The translations under genes were made by a program, and so were the position numbers. Shown in pieces: positions 19,815 to 30,003 of a stretch of DNA of 64,000 nt; position 1 is the stretch's first letter; each line of letters starts with the position of its first letter. The notes below the pieces were generated by a model. The model saw only the letters and a program-made list of their open reading frames with translations. It did no database searches and was not told where the DNA came from. The stretch lies in contig CAVYNY010000007.1 in the NCBI GenBank assembly GCA_963769935.1, positions 224,001 through 288,000 on the forward strand. Direction: 5' to 3'. The stretch is from an uncultured delta proteobacterium (GTDB lineage: Bacteria; Desulfobacterota; Desulfobacteria; Desulfobacterales; JAFDCJ01).

Positions 19815-21356
19815 ATGGAACATATCCTGACCGCAATTTCTCTCATCGTACAGCCATATGTGCTGATGATAATTGGTATTTCCGCAATCTATGGGCTGTT
19901 TGTCGGCGCTATTCCCGGCCTTACGGCGACCATGGCAACTGCGCTGCTGGTGCCGGTTACTTTTTTTATGGACCCGGTTCCGGCGCTGGCGGCTATTGTT
20001 ACCATGGAAGCCATGGCCATTTTTGCCGGTGATATTCCGGGCGCATTGGTGCGAATTCCCGGCACCCCCTCCTCGGCGGCCTATGTCGATGAATCCTACG
20101 CCTTCACTCAGAAGGGTCAGGCCGGCTACGTGCTGGGGGTGGATGTCACGGTGGCGGCCATTGGCGGCATGATTGGTTCGATTATCCTGATTTTGCTGGC
20201 CCCGAGGCTGGCCGAAGTGGCGATGCAGTTCACGTCGTTTGAATATTTCTGGCTGGCCTGCATCGGTTTGAGCTGTTCCGTTCTGGTGACCAAAGGCTCC
20301 CTGCTGAAGGGCCTGGTTTCCTTGCTGATCGGGCTGATGATGACCACGGTCGGGGTGGACATTACGCTGGGATATCCGCGGTTTACGTTTGGAATTACGG
20401 ATTTTTTAAACGGTTTTACATTTATCCCGGCGATGATCGGCATGTTCGGCATTTCCGAGGTTATGCGCAATGTCTCCTCGGAGGACTGTAATTATACGGC
20501 CACCGGGGTTCAAACGAAAAAGATGTTTACGGGTGTTTTTAAAACGATTCGAAAGTACAAGTTCAACGTGGTCCGCTCCGGACTGATCGGCACCTTTGTA
20601 GGTATTTTACCCGGTGCCGGTGCGGACATCGCGGCCTGGATCGCCTATGCGGTCAGCAAAAAATTTTCCAAAGAACCGGAAAAATACGGTACCGGGCACA
20701 TCGAGGGTATCGTTGACGCCGGTACGGCCAACAATGCCGGCTTGGGCGGTGCCTGGGTGCCGGCCCTGGTCTTCGGCATCCCGGGTGACTCCATTACCGC
20801 CATCGTGATTGGGGTCCTGTTCATGAAGGGGCTGCGGCCGGGCCCGATGATCTTTCAGCGGACTCCCGAGATTCTGTATGCCGTGTATATCACCTTTATC
20901 CTGGCCAACCTCATTTTAATTCCATTTGGCGTCATGGCCATCAAGACCGGCAGCCAGATGCTGCGAGTACCTCGCAATATGTTGATGCCGGCGATCCTGA
21001 TGTTTTGTATCGTCGGGTCCTTTGCCATCAACAATACCACTTTTGACGTCGGCGTCATGCTGGCCTGCGGGATATTGGCCTACTTTATGGAGGCCAATGA
21101 TATACCGGTTGCACCGGCGATTCTGGGGATCGTGCTGGGCAACCTCCTGGAAGACAGCTTTATGGTTTCCATGATAAAAAGCGACTGGGACCTAACTGTG
21201 TTCTTCCATCGCCCTGTGAGCGCCGTGCTCGGCATCATAACCGTGATTTTGTGGAGCGGTCCTTTCATCGCTGTGTTTCGCAAGTGGCGGTTGGATACCA
21301 AAAACAACCCAGCGAAAAATGAGGAATGCCGACCCGGTTTTAAAGATGTTGTTTAG
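19815..21356 (+). CDS. tctA: Tripartite tricarboxylate transporter large permease
   Basis: GAIPGL, RIPGTP, GILPGAG, ANNA, FGIPGD, PGP. Confidence 0.92.
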   Translation: MEHILTAISLIVQPYVLMIIGISAIYGLFVGAIPGLTATMATALLVPVTFFMDPVPALAAIVTMEAMAIFAGDIPGALVRIPGTPSSAAYVDESYAFTQKGQAGYVLGVDVTVAAIGGMIGSIILILLAPRLAEVAMQFTSFEYFWLACIGLSCSVLVTKGSLLKGLVSLLIGLMMTTVGVDITLGYPRFTFGITDFLNGFTFIPAMIGMFGISEVMRNVSSEDCNYTATGVQTKKMFTGVFKTIRKYKFNVVRSGLIGTFVGILPGAGADIAAWIAYAVSKKFSKEPEKYGTGHIEGIVDAGTANNAGLGGAWVPALVFGIPGDSITAIVIGVLFMKGLRPGPMIFQRTPEILYAVYITFILANLILIPFGVMAIKTGSQMLRVPRNMLMPAILMFCIVGSFAINNTTFDVGVMLACGILAYFMEANDIPVAPAILGIVLGNLLEDSFMVSMIKSDWDLTVFFHRPVSAVLGIITVILWSGPFIAVFRKWRLDTKNNPAKNEECRPGFKDVV

Positions 21357-21479
21357 AGCCGGATACCCCGCCAGAGCATATTCCCCCCGATGGAGTTGAA
21401 AAGCCAATTTTAAGCTATTGGCTGCTATATATTTTGTGGGACCTAATTCGGACGAGTTGTATCCAAAAAAGAGACTAAT

Positions 21480-21557
21480 CACGAAAACACGAAAGGACGA
21501 AAACACGGAAAAGAGACGAGATAAATTTCGTGTTTTTCTAGATTTCGTGTTTTCGTG
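21480..21557. repeat. CACGAAA direct repeats followed by inverted TTTCGTG repeats
   Basis: cacgaaaacacgaaaggacgaaaacacggaaa ... tttcgtgtttttctagatttcgtgttttcgtg. Confidence 0.8.
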
Positions 21558-21630
21558 TTAAAAAAAATATAAAACGAAAACAAATTACAAATAAGACTAT
21601 ACTAAGCGTCTAAAGAGAGGATCACCAAAA

Positions 21631-23162
21631 ATGACCGCACCCCGCCCACTCACGATACGTCTTCACAATTCCGACAACGTAGTTGTCGCCCGCGTTGATA
21701 TTCCGGCCGGAACCAAAGTCCCGGAGGAGCAGATCGTCAGCCGTGAGCCGATTTCCTTCGGCCACAAAGTTGCCGCGTCCCCCATAAAATCAGGCGAGGC
21801 CGTAAAAAAATACGGTCAGATTATCGGGTTTGCCTCAAAGGATATCCAACCCGGAGCGCACGTTCACACCCACAACGTCGGGATGAAAGCCTTCGACCGT
21901 GATTACGCCATCGGTGCCGATGCTGATTTATCGCCCGAATATGAGGCGATGCCGGCGACATTCTGAGGGAATTGTCAGAGCGGACGGCCGGGTTGCCACC
22001 CGCAATTACATCGGTATTATCAGCACAGTGAATTGCTCGGCCTCGGTGAGCCGGTTTATCGCCGATGCCTTCAAGGGGGATGCACTGGCTGAATTTCCCA
22101 ATGTGGACGGAGTTGTCTCCCATCTGCCATGGCATGGGCTGCGCCTGTTCCAACGACCAGGAAGGATTCGAAATGCTGCTGAACGTTTTAGCCGGCTATA
22201 TCCGCAATCCCAATTACGGTGCCATCCTGGTCGTCGGCCTGGGATGCGAAGTCATGCAGATCGATACTTTGTTTCAGCGCAGGGACCTGCAGCAGAACGC
22301 GCTGCTGCAGACCATGACCATCCAGGGAACCGGCGGTACCCGAAAAACCGTGCAGCAAGGTATCGAGCGGGTGCGCGCCATGCTGCCCGTTGTCGATCAG
22401 GATCGAGCGCACACCGGTCTCAGCCGGCCAGCTCATCCTGGGCCTCCAATGCGGCGGTTCCGACGGTTACTCCGGACATTACCGCCAACCCGTCGCTGGG
22501 CGCGGCGGTTGATCTGCTCGTGCGGCATGGGGGGGCCGCCGTTCTGGGTGAAACCCCGGAGATTTACGGCGCAGAACATCTTCTCACCCGCCGCGCCGTC
22601 TCCCGCGAAGTTGGCGAAAAGCTGATCGACCGCATTCACTGGTGGGAGAATTACACTGCCGAAAAATAATGCCGAAATGGACAACAATCCTTCACCCGGC
22701 AACAAAGCCGGCGGCCTGACCACCATTCTGGAAAAATCCCTCGGCGCGGTGGCCAAAGGCGGAACCGGCAACCTGGTGGATGTGCTGCAATACGGCCAGC
22801 CCATAACCGGCAAGGGACTGATGTTTATGGATACGCCCGGCTACGACCCGGTCTCGTTGACCGGAATGGTTGCCGGGGGCGCCAATATCATCTGCTTTAC
22901 GACCGGCCGCGGTTCGGTTTACGGCTGCAAGCCGATCCCGAGCATCAAACTGGCAACCAACACTGCAATGTTTCGCCGCATGGATGATGACATGGACATC
23001 AATTGCGGGGAAACCATGGACGGCTTGACAACCGTGGAAGAGATGGGCCGGCGTATTTTCGAATTCATTCTGGATGTTGCCTCGGGACGCAAGACCAAAA
23101 GCGAATTGAACGGTATCGGCGAAGACGAATTTGTACCCTGGAACATCGGCGCCGTGATGTAG
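21631..23162 (+). pseudogene. uxaA: UxaA/GarD family sugar-acid dehydratase interrupted by five +1 insertions (possibly intact in vivo)
   Basis: SAF domain (GHKVA, HVHTHN), RNYI, HGMGC, GLGCE, CGGSD, ANP, GETPE, NNPSPGNKAGGLTTILEKSLG, FTTGRG; removing single bases at ~21964, 22118, 22401, 22476 and 22661 gives one ORF. Confidence 0.85.
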
Positions 23163-23298
23163 TATTTCCCCCTATGAATTGGCCTGAAAAAGGATTGGCC
23201 TGGGGGGAAGGCGTGTCCCTTTCAATCAGATGTAATTCGCACGAATCAGGCGTCATTATTGATTAGATGAAAAACGTGCAATCCAGGAGAAAGCTTCC

Positions 23299-24643
23299 AT
23301 GAAAATACTCAGTGTTGATGTCGGTACTACCGCTATGAAAATGGGGGTGTTTGAGGATATCAACGGCGGTCTTGACCTGCTCAGGCAATTCTACCAGGAG
23401 TATTCGATCAATACTTACAATGACGGGCTGTTCAGTGATATCGAGCAGGAAAAATGGCAGCAGGCGTTTGCGGCGGGGTGCAGGGAAATGTCAGATTTTA
23501 TGCCCCAAATCGATGTCATTGCCCTTTCCGGCACGACACCGGGACTGACGGCCATGGATCAGGAGGGCAATGCGCTTTATCCGGCCATTCTCATGCTGGA
23601 CCAGCGTTCCCGGACCCAGGCCCAGCAGATCATCGACCGGATCGGTCTGGAAACACTGCTCAAGTGCAACCGCCAACATGCCGGTGGCCGGCGGCTGTTC
23701 GCTGGCCAGCATTCTCTGGCTCAAAGACAATCTGCCCGGGGTGTTTAAAAAGACGCACGTTTTCGGCCATTCCAACACCTTCATGGCCCGCTGGCTGTCC
23801 GACAAATTTGCCATGGACCCCTCATCGGCCTCGCTGACGGCGATGTACCGTACCGCCGAGAATGATATGACCTGGGATAATGAAATCCTGGATGCGTTTG
23901 ATCTGTCGGCCGCCTGTTTGCCGGAGTTGATGCCGGCCTACCACAGCACGGGCAAGCTGCGCACGAGTCTTGCCGCAGAGTTTGGCTTCAAGAAGGAGCC
24001 GCCGGTATTGATCGGCGGCAATGACGCCGTGCTGGCAGCATATTCGGTGGGCATCCGGCAGCCGGGCGAAATCTTCAACATCAACGGCACCTGCGAAATT
24101 TCCATGGTCTGTCTTTCCAAATGTTTTGCCTCCCGCAATTATAACATCCGCACCCACGTCCTGCCGGAGCGGTGGTTTTCCTTTTATGTGATGAATGCAG
24201 GCGGCAAGGCCTTCGAGTGGTTTAAAAATCTTTTCTGCAGCGAGATGAGCGAAGAAAAATTCTTCAGCGATTTTATCCCGCATACTATTGAGAAGTGGTT
24301 GAACCGGGAAAGCGGTGTGGCTTATATGCCATATCTGATGGGTTCCAGGTATTCTCTGGCACCGCTGAAAGCCGAATTTCGCGGGCTGACCCAGGAGACT
24401 TCCCGCGAAGAACTGCTGGCCGCGCTGGTTCGGGGCCTTTGTGAGTATCAACGGGAGAATCTGAAGGAAGTTTCCCTTGAAATGCCCCTGGCCGATGAGA
24501 TCATAGTCTCCGGCGGGGCGGTCAATGAGGCGCTGATCCGTGCTAAAACCAAATGGATGCGCAACTGCAGCTACCGATTTGAGACCGAATCCTCGTTGAA
24601 GGGAGCAGCCATGTTGGGGCGGAAGTATTTAGTGGGTGGTTGA
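23299..24643 (+). pseudogene. FGGY-family carbohydrate kinase with one +1 frameshift (possibly intact in vivo)
   Basis: DVGTTAMK, DQRS, GGND, GT, PYLMGSR, SGG; frames join by removing one base at ~23662. Confidence 0.82.
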
Positions 24644-24680
24644 CTTTGATTTCACCCGGAATAATGGAATAGTGGAATTG
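24642..24680 (-). repeat. Internally deleted fragment of the 43.5-43.8 kb element, opposite orientation
   Basis: gactttgatttcacccg matches the reverse complement of 43720-43736 (14/17); ggaataatggaa matches the reverse complement of the TTCCATTATTCC tract at ~43676-43687. Confidence 0.6.
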
Positions 24681-24684
24681 TTAT

Positions 24685-24939
24685 TTGGACCGCGGACCCA
24701 TTGCCCTGGTGGAAGACGGCGATATCATATCCATCGATATTCCCGCCCGCACCCTGAATATCGTCGGACCTAAAGACGGCCGCCTTAATTCAAATGAGGT
24801 CCAAGCCCTGCTGGCCGAGCGCAAAAAGAGTTGGACCCCTGTCGTCCGGCAGCATCCCCCCGGGATCCTTAAACGATATACCTCCCAGGCGGCATCGGCC
24901 ATTAAAGGGGCGTATCTGGAAACTCAACGAACTCAATAA
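24685..24939 (+). pseudogene. C-terminal remnant of an IlvD/Edd family (dihydroxy-acid/sugar-acid) dehydratase
   Basis: GPIALVEDGDIISIDIPARTLN...ERKK...GILKRY...SAIKGA is the family C-terminus; most of the gene is absent. Confidence 0.82.
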
Positions 24940-24957
24940 ACGCTGTAAACTCGCCCG

Positions 24958-26187
24958 ATGTTTCCAAGCTCACCATATCGACTTACGCTGCTGGTCTGCC
25001 TGGCGGAAATATTCGGCCTGGCTTCCATTGCCGTCTTTCCGGCGCTGCTGCCGACGTTCAAGGCGGAATGGCAGTTGAGCAACACGGCCGCCGGCTGGAT
25101 CAGCGCGGCCTATTATGCGGGCTACATGATTCTGGTGCCGGTGCTGACCAGCATCACCGACCGGATTGATGCCCGCCGGATTATGGGATTGGGAGCATTA
25201 TTCGCTGCCATGTCGGCCGCTGGCTATGCTTATCTGGCCCAGGGATTTTGGTCGGCCCTTGTACTGCGGCTTCTCTCCGGGGTAAGCTTGGCCGGAATTT
25301 ACATGCCCGGGCTCAAGGTGGTCGGCGATCACACCGAAGGGGAGGGGACGCTGCAGTCCCGGTTTGTTTCTTTTTACACCGCAAGCTTCAGCATCGGCGC
25401 CAGCCTTTCGTATCTGCTGGCCGGTGAAATCAATGTGCGGGCCGGGTGGCGCTGGGCTTTTATGGCATCTGCCATAAGTGCCGTCGGCGCACTGGTAATT
25501 GTCATTTTGTATGTGCCCCCGGCGCGGGTGCGCAGTGCTGAAAAGAACGGCGCCCTGCTCGCGGATTTCAAAATTGTTTTGCGATCCAAGGCGGCCATGG
25601 CTTATGTTCTGGCATACGCCGCCCACATGTGGGAACTTTTTGCGCTGCGAACCTGGATTGTGGCTTTCCTGGCCTTCAGCATTCAGCTGCAGCCGGCCGG
25701 CGCCTTTACCTGGCGTCCGACCCAGATCGCCTTTATTGTCAGTCTGATCGGGCTTCCGGCCAGCATCGGCGGCAATGAGTTGTCCCGTATCTTCGGCCGC
25801 AGAAAAGTTATAACGGTCGTGATGATCGTATCCGCGGCATTGGGAACGATCCTTGGTTTCAGCGCAGCCTTGCCGTACTTACTGGTGGCCTTCATGGCGA
25901 TCTTGTACGGCATCACCATTATTGGTGATTCAGCGTCGCTGACTGCCGGAGTTGTCGCCGTCGCCCCTGCGGGCTATCGGGGCACGACCCTGGCCGTTCA
26001 CTCCACCTTCGGATTTTGTTCAGCCTTTCTCAGCCCTCTGGCTGTCGGCGTCGTGCTCGACTTTTTCGGCGGCAACCGCCTGGCCTGGGGTATGGGCTTT
26101 GTCTGTATGGCCGCCGGCAGTTTGCTGGGGCCGGTGTTTTTAGCGCGGCTTAAGTCCGATACGAATGGGAAGAAAGATATAATTTAG
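24958..26187 (+). CDS. MFS transporter
   Basis: About 12 TM segments, TDRIDARR motif A, YMPGLK, HMWELF. Confidence 0.88.
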   Translation: MFPSSPYRLTLLVCLAEIFGLASIAVFPALLPTFKAEWQLSNTAAGWISAAYYAGYMILVPVLTSITDRIDARRIMGLGALFAAMSAAGYAYLAQGFWSALVLRLLSGVSLAGIYMPGLKVVGDHTEGEGTLQSRFVSFYTASFSIGASLSYLLAGEINVRAGWRWAFMASAISAVGALVIVILYVPPARVRSAEKNGALLADFKIVLRSKAAMAYVLAYAAHMWELFALRTWIVAFLAFSIQLQPAGAFTWRPTQIAFIVSLIGLPASIGGNELSRIFGRRKVITVVMIVSAALGTILGFSAALPYLLVAFMAILYGITIIGDSASLTAGVVAVAPAGYRGTTLAVHSTFGFCSAFLSPLAVGVVLDFFGGNRLAWGMGFVCMAAGSLLGPVFLARLKSDTNGKKDII

Positions 26188-26822
26188 ATATAAACTAAGG
26201 AATCCGGGTGTTAAAAAAGCACATAGCAGTTAGCAAAATATTCACTTTATTAAAAAATGGCTGTATGAACTAGAATTTTGGTGGTTTCGAATTAATTGCG
26301 ATAGAAGACGCATATCCCCCGTTTCACCGCCAGTATGCGATATAACAATATATTGTGCCGGACCACTGGCTCTAAAAATCATAACCCGTATATTTTTTTT
26401 CATACAATTTCCATATTTCCATAATTTCAGGGTTAGGCATGCAAACTTTTAGACAAACCAAGATTTGTTTTATTAGCTGATGCAATATGCAATCAGACTC
26501 CTCGAAGACTGTGGGGTGCATATTGGACTGGGGCAGGGATGACCTTGAGGGCTGATCGAAGGAACAAAATCCCTTCTGTCAAATAAAGAAATATCCTGAA
26601 AAACGCACAGAAAAGTATATTCCACCGGAAAACGATTTTTGGAAAGTCTTTAATTAAGCATAAGGCGACAGCCATGAACGGGTCCAGGGCCGTTAGATGC
26701 TTATCTCTTTATTGCATCTTGCCGGTTGAAGAATCGAGATATTCGGCTTCAAACTGTCCGATCTGGATTTTCCCAACAGTAAAGTTATGTTTTGAAGCCG
26801 AAGGCCGGAGTCCAATTTTGTA

Positions 26823-28073
26823 TTATCGTCTGTAATAGGATAGGACTTTTGTAATTGATGAGGCCATTGCCTCTGAATGCTGGGAAGTGAAACCTTCGTT
26901 CCAAACGATATAAATTGTTTCTCTGCAATGTTTTTCTGCCACCGGGCACAAGCCTTCTTCGAATCTATATTCCCCCCAAACTCCACTGAGGGGGAATCCG
27001 GATTTTCCAAACGTCATTCGATCACGCAAAACTTTATATAAGTAAAGAGGCCGATCTAAATAGCCACAATGTGCAGGGAGACCCTCCGCATTGAGAGCTT
27101 TTACAATGTCTGAAATTGGTACTCGAAACACTTGAGGATCAAGCCGGAACGTATAAGCATAGTAACTACAAAAGCCTCCGTCAACAATGCGCTGCGGATA
27201 TACCCCTATTTCGCTGCCAATTAATGCCGAGAGCAAGTTTGCGGAGCTACTTCTATCGACTACCACCTTATCAAGTTTGGGTAATTGTGCGAGGCCCACA
27301 GCAGCTTGGAGCTCAGTCATATGGTAGTTCGGAGCAAGAAAGAGGTGATCGCGCCACTCGTCACGCGGCCATCCCTTGTCAGCACACAGCCGAAGTTCGC
27401 GTCCAAAGGCCTTATCCTTTCTGGCTATGACGAGACCGCCGTCTCCCGTTGTAATGTGTTTAGATTGCTGGAGGCTAAAACATCCAAGGTCCCCTATGGT
27501 CCCTACAATTCTATTCTGATATTTAGCGAGAAAGGCTTGGGCACAGTCCTCAATCACGGCAATTTTATGCCTGTGTGCGATGTCCATTATTGGATCCATG
27601 TCACAAGGAGCTCCAAAAATATGGGTAACGATTATCGCTTTCGTTCGTGGGGTGATACGATCTTCAATGAGTCGTGGGGACATGGTAAAAGTTTCTTCGT
27701 CAATGTCTACAAATACTGGGATATTTGCCTGGTATAGGACTGGAATTACGGTTCCCATGTCGGTGATGGGGGAAGCCAGTATTTCATCCCCCGGCTCGGT
27801 GTTGAGAGAGATCAATGCCGCGTGTATTGCAGCGGTGCCGCTGCTTGTGGCTATAGTAAATGGAACACCGAATTTCTTGGCGAAATTTGCTTCAAATTGA
27901 CGAACTTTAGTGCCATATATATACGCGAGGGTTCCAGAGTCCAGCACCTCTTTGACGGCCTCCAACTCTTCTTCTCCTATGGTTCTCCCTGAGCGGTTTT
28001 TGTGGGTTGGCAATGGCCCCTTTATGGCCTTCTCTCCACCAAAGATCGCTAACTGCTCTTGTCTGTTTTGCAT
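26823..28073 (-). CDS. DegT/DnrJ/EryC1/StrS family PLP aminotransferase
   Basis: SSGTAA, PVFVDID, IEDCAQA, FSLQQSKHITTGDGG (PLP Lys), NYHMTELQAAVG; GGAGG RBS before ATG 28073. Confidence 0.92.
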   Translation of the reverse strand: MQNRQEQLAIFGGEKAIKGPLPTHKNRSGRTIGEEELEAVKEVLDSGTLAYIYGTKVRQFEANFAKKFGVPFTIATSSGTAAIHAALISLNTEPGDEILASPITDMGTVIPVLYQANIPVFVDIDEETFTMSPRLIEDRITPRTKAIIVTHIFGAPCDMDPIMDIAHRHKIAVIEDCAQAFLAKYQNRIVGTIGDLGCFSLQQSKHITTGDGGLVIARKDKAFGRELRLCADKGWPRDEWRDHLFLAPNYHMTELQAAVGLAQLPKLDKVVVDRSSSANLLSALIGSEIGVYPQRIVDGGFCSYYAYTFRLDPQVFRVPISDIVKALNAEGLPAHCGYLDRPLYLYKVLRDRMTFGKSGFPLSGVWGEYRFEEGLCPVAEKHCRETIYIVWNEGFTSQHSEAMASSITKVLSYYRR

Positions 28074-28171
28074 CTTACCTCCCATGCACAGTAAAATACT
28101 TTTGTTTTTCGTTAAAAAAGTCTAATGCAAAAACTGAATTATCAGTACCACAATGAGTATATTTTAATCCA

Positions 28172-29005
28172 TTATTTAAGACCCGAAAGGGCTATGCCGC
28201 GTATCATATACTTCTGCGAGATTATATACGCGATTAACATGGGGCCAGTGGAGAGCACGGTGGCCGCCATTAAGGGTCCATAGTTTATATTTCCATAAGG
28301 ATCCTTGAACAGGGCGAGCCCCACGGGGATCGTTCGCATGTTAGGTGAGTTTATTACGATTACTGGCCAAAGAAAATCGTTCCAACACTCCAGAAAAAGG
28401 ATCATTGCCACTGTTGCTATGATGGTCTTGACCAGCGGGGCGATGATGGTCAAAACGATACGAATTTCTCCCGCACCATCCATCCGCGCTGCCTCGATTA
28501 GATCCACGGGAATTGCTTTAATCCCCTGCCGGAGCATAAATACGCCGAAAGCGCTGGCGAAGTTCGGGGCCAAGATCCCTTGATAGGTATCCACCCAGCC
28601 GATTTTTGATAGCAAAACATACAAGGCAACGGATGTAACTTGGACCGGCACCATAAGCGTTCCCAAAATTAGGATAAAAAAGAAGTTTTGCAGAGGAAAG
28701 CGATAAACGGCGAACGCATACCCAGCGAATAATCCGAACAGGAGTGAACAGGTGACGGAGACAAAAGCAACGACGAAGCTGTTCCAGTAGTAGGTCAGCC
28801 ATGGAGCCTTTTCATAAGCTTCAATGAAGTGATGAATTGTCAGATGGGTTGGAATCCACTTGGGTGGAAAGGAGATGATGTCCTGCGCAGGACTGAAGGC
28901 GGTAATCAGCATCCAATAAAATGGACAGATCATCAGCACCGCCACGATACTAGCGATAAGGTAGAAATTCAAATTCCTAAGGCCCTTTACAATTGAACTC
29001 ACCAT
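28172..29005 (-). CDS. Carbohydrate ABC transporter permease (MalG-like)
   Basis: EAARMDGA EAA motif, WNDFLWP. Confidence 0.93.
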   Translation of the reverse strand: MVSSIVKGLRNLNFYLIASIVAVLMICPFYWMLITAFSPAQDIISFPPKWIPTHLTIHHFIEAYEKAPWLTYYWNSFVVAFVSVTCSLLFGLFAGYAFAVYRFPLQNFFFILILGTLMVPVQVTSVALYVLLSKIGWVDTYQGILAPNFASAFGVFMLRQGIKAIPVDLIEAARMDGAGEIRIVLTIIAPLVKTIIATVAMILFLECWNDFLWPVIVINSPNMRTIPVGLALFKDPYGNINYGPLMAATVLSTGPMLIAYIISQKYMIRGIALSGLK

Positions 29006-29017
29006 GTCCTTAACCCC

Positions 29018-29932
29018 TCAATATGTGACTTCAAAGCGCTTAGAGTAAACGTGTTGCAACATCGTGATTACCAATATAAAAATGAAGAGGACCATAGCCT
29101 CGGCTGCAGCTAGGCCGAAGTTGAAACGCTGAAACGCCTGCCGGTACAACTCCAAAACGACTACGTTGGTTGAATTGGCAGGACCCCCTCCAGTCAATAC
29201 AAAGACCTGATCGAAGACCTGGAAAGCGAGAATACTGTTATAGATCAAAATAAACGTTGTCGTGGGAGCTAAAAGCGGTACTGTGACGTGCCAAAAGCGC
29301 TGAAAGGCGCCGGCCCCATCGATGGTGGCTGCTTCGTAAAACTGTGCCGGGATGGCCTGAAGCCCAGCTAGGTAGATAATCATATTGTAGCCCAGGGTTT
29401 TCCAGATGCTAAAAATGATGATGGAAGTGAGCGCCGTATGGCTGGACATCAGCCAGGACTGAGGCTCAATATGCAACAGACGAAGGACGACATTAAAAAG
29501 TCCGAACTGGGGATTATATAGCCACCACCAGACCATTGCGGCGGCTACCGTGCTTGTTACCATGGGTGAGAAATAGATCGCCTTAAAGACAGACTGGAAC
29601 CGGAACTTGGAGTTGAAAATGACGGCCAACAATAGCCCGAGGGTGGCCGAGGTGGGGACGATGGCCGCGACGTACACCAAGGTGTTTAATGTTGCCCCGC
29701 GGAAGATCTCATCCGTGAGAAGAGATCGAAAGTTATCTAACCCGATGAAGGTAAATTGTCTCCGAAGCAATTCAACTTTGTAAAAGCTGTAGAGCAGGGT
29801 CTGGATGGAGGGGACTACCCGAAACAGACCGAAGAACAAAATGACAGGCGCGATAAAAAGGTAGGCATGGAAAATGCGTCTTGAGCGGAGGGTGGCCAAA
29901 GTATGCGCCACTGATTGTTTATGCTTACCCAA
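29018..29932 (-). CDS. Carbohydrate ABC transporter permease (MalF-like)
   Basis: GLDNF, AGLQAIP..YEAATIDGA, FQVFD; TTG start is uncertain. Confidence 0.92.
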   Translation of the reverse strand: MGKHKQSVAHTLATLRSRRIFHAYLFIAPVILFFGLFRVVPSIQTLLYSFYKVELLRRQFTFIGLDNFRSLLTDEIFRGATLNTLVYVAAIVPTSATLGLLLAVIFNSKFRFQSVFKAIYFSPMVTSTVAAAMVWWWLYNPQFGLFNVVLRLLHIEPQSWLMSSHTALTSIIIFSIWKTLGYNMIIYLAGLQAIPAQFYEAATIDGAGAFQRFWHVTVPLLAPTTTFILIYNSILAFQVFDQVFVLTGGGPANSTNVVVLELYRQAFQRFNFGLAAAEAMVLFIFILVITMLQHVYSKRFEVTY

Positions 29933-29966
29933 TTTCTTTGTACTCCCGGGTTTCGAGTTTCAAAGA

Positions 29967-29996
29967 GCTGCCCCAGGGGAACCTCCCTGGGGCAGC
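29967..29996 (-). other. GC-rich intercistronic hairpin after the binding-protein gene
   Basis: Perfect 12-bp stem GCTGCCCCAGGG / CCCTGGGGCAGC with no good U-tract. Confidence 0.7.
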
Positions 29997-30003
29997 AGCC
30001 AGT

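Noticed and set aside
21631..24643. Programmed ribosomal frameshifting or phase variation in uxaA and the kinase
   Set aside because: Six shifts at mostly non-slippery, non-repeat sites; sequencing error is more parsimonious.
26493..26675. Tyrosine recombinase remnant suggested by PHSLR at the island edge
   Set aside because: Only a 5-residue match in a 60-aa ORF, with none of the other catalytic motifs.
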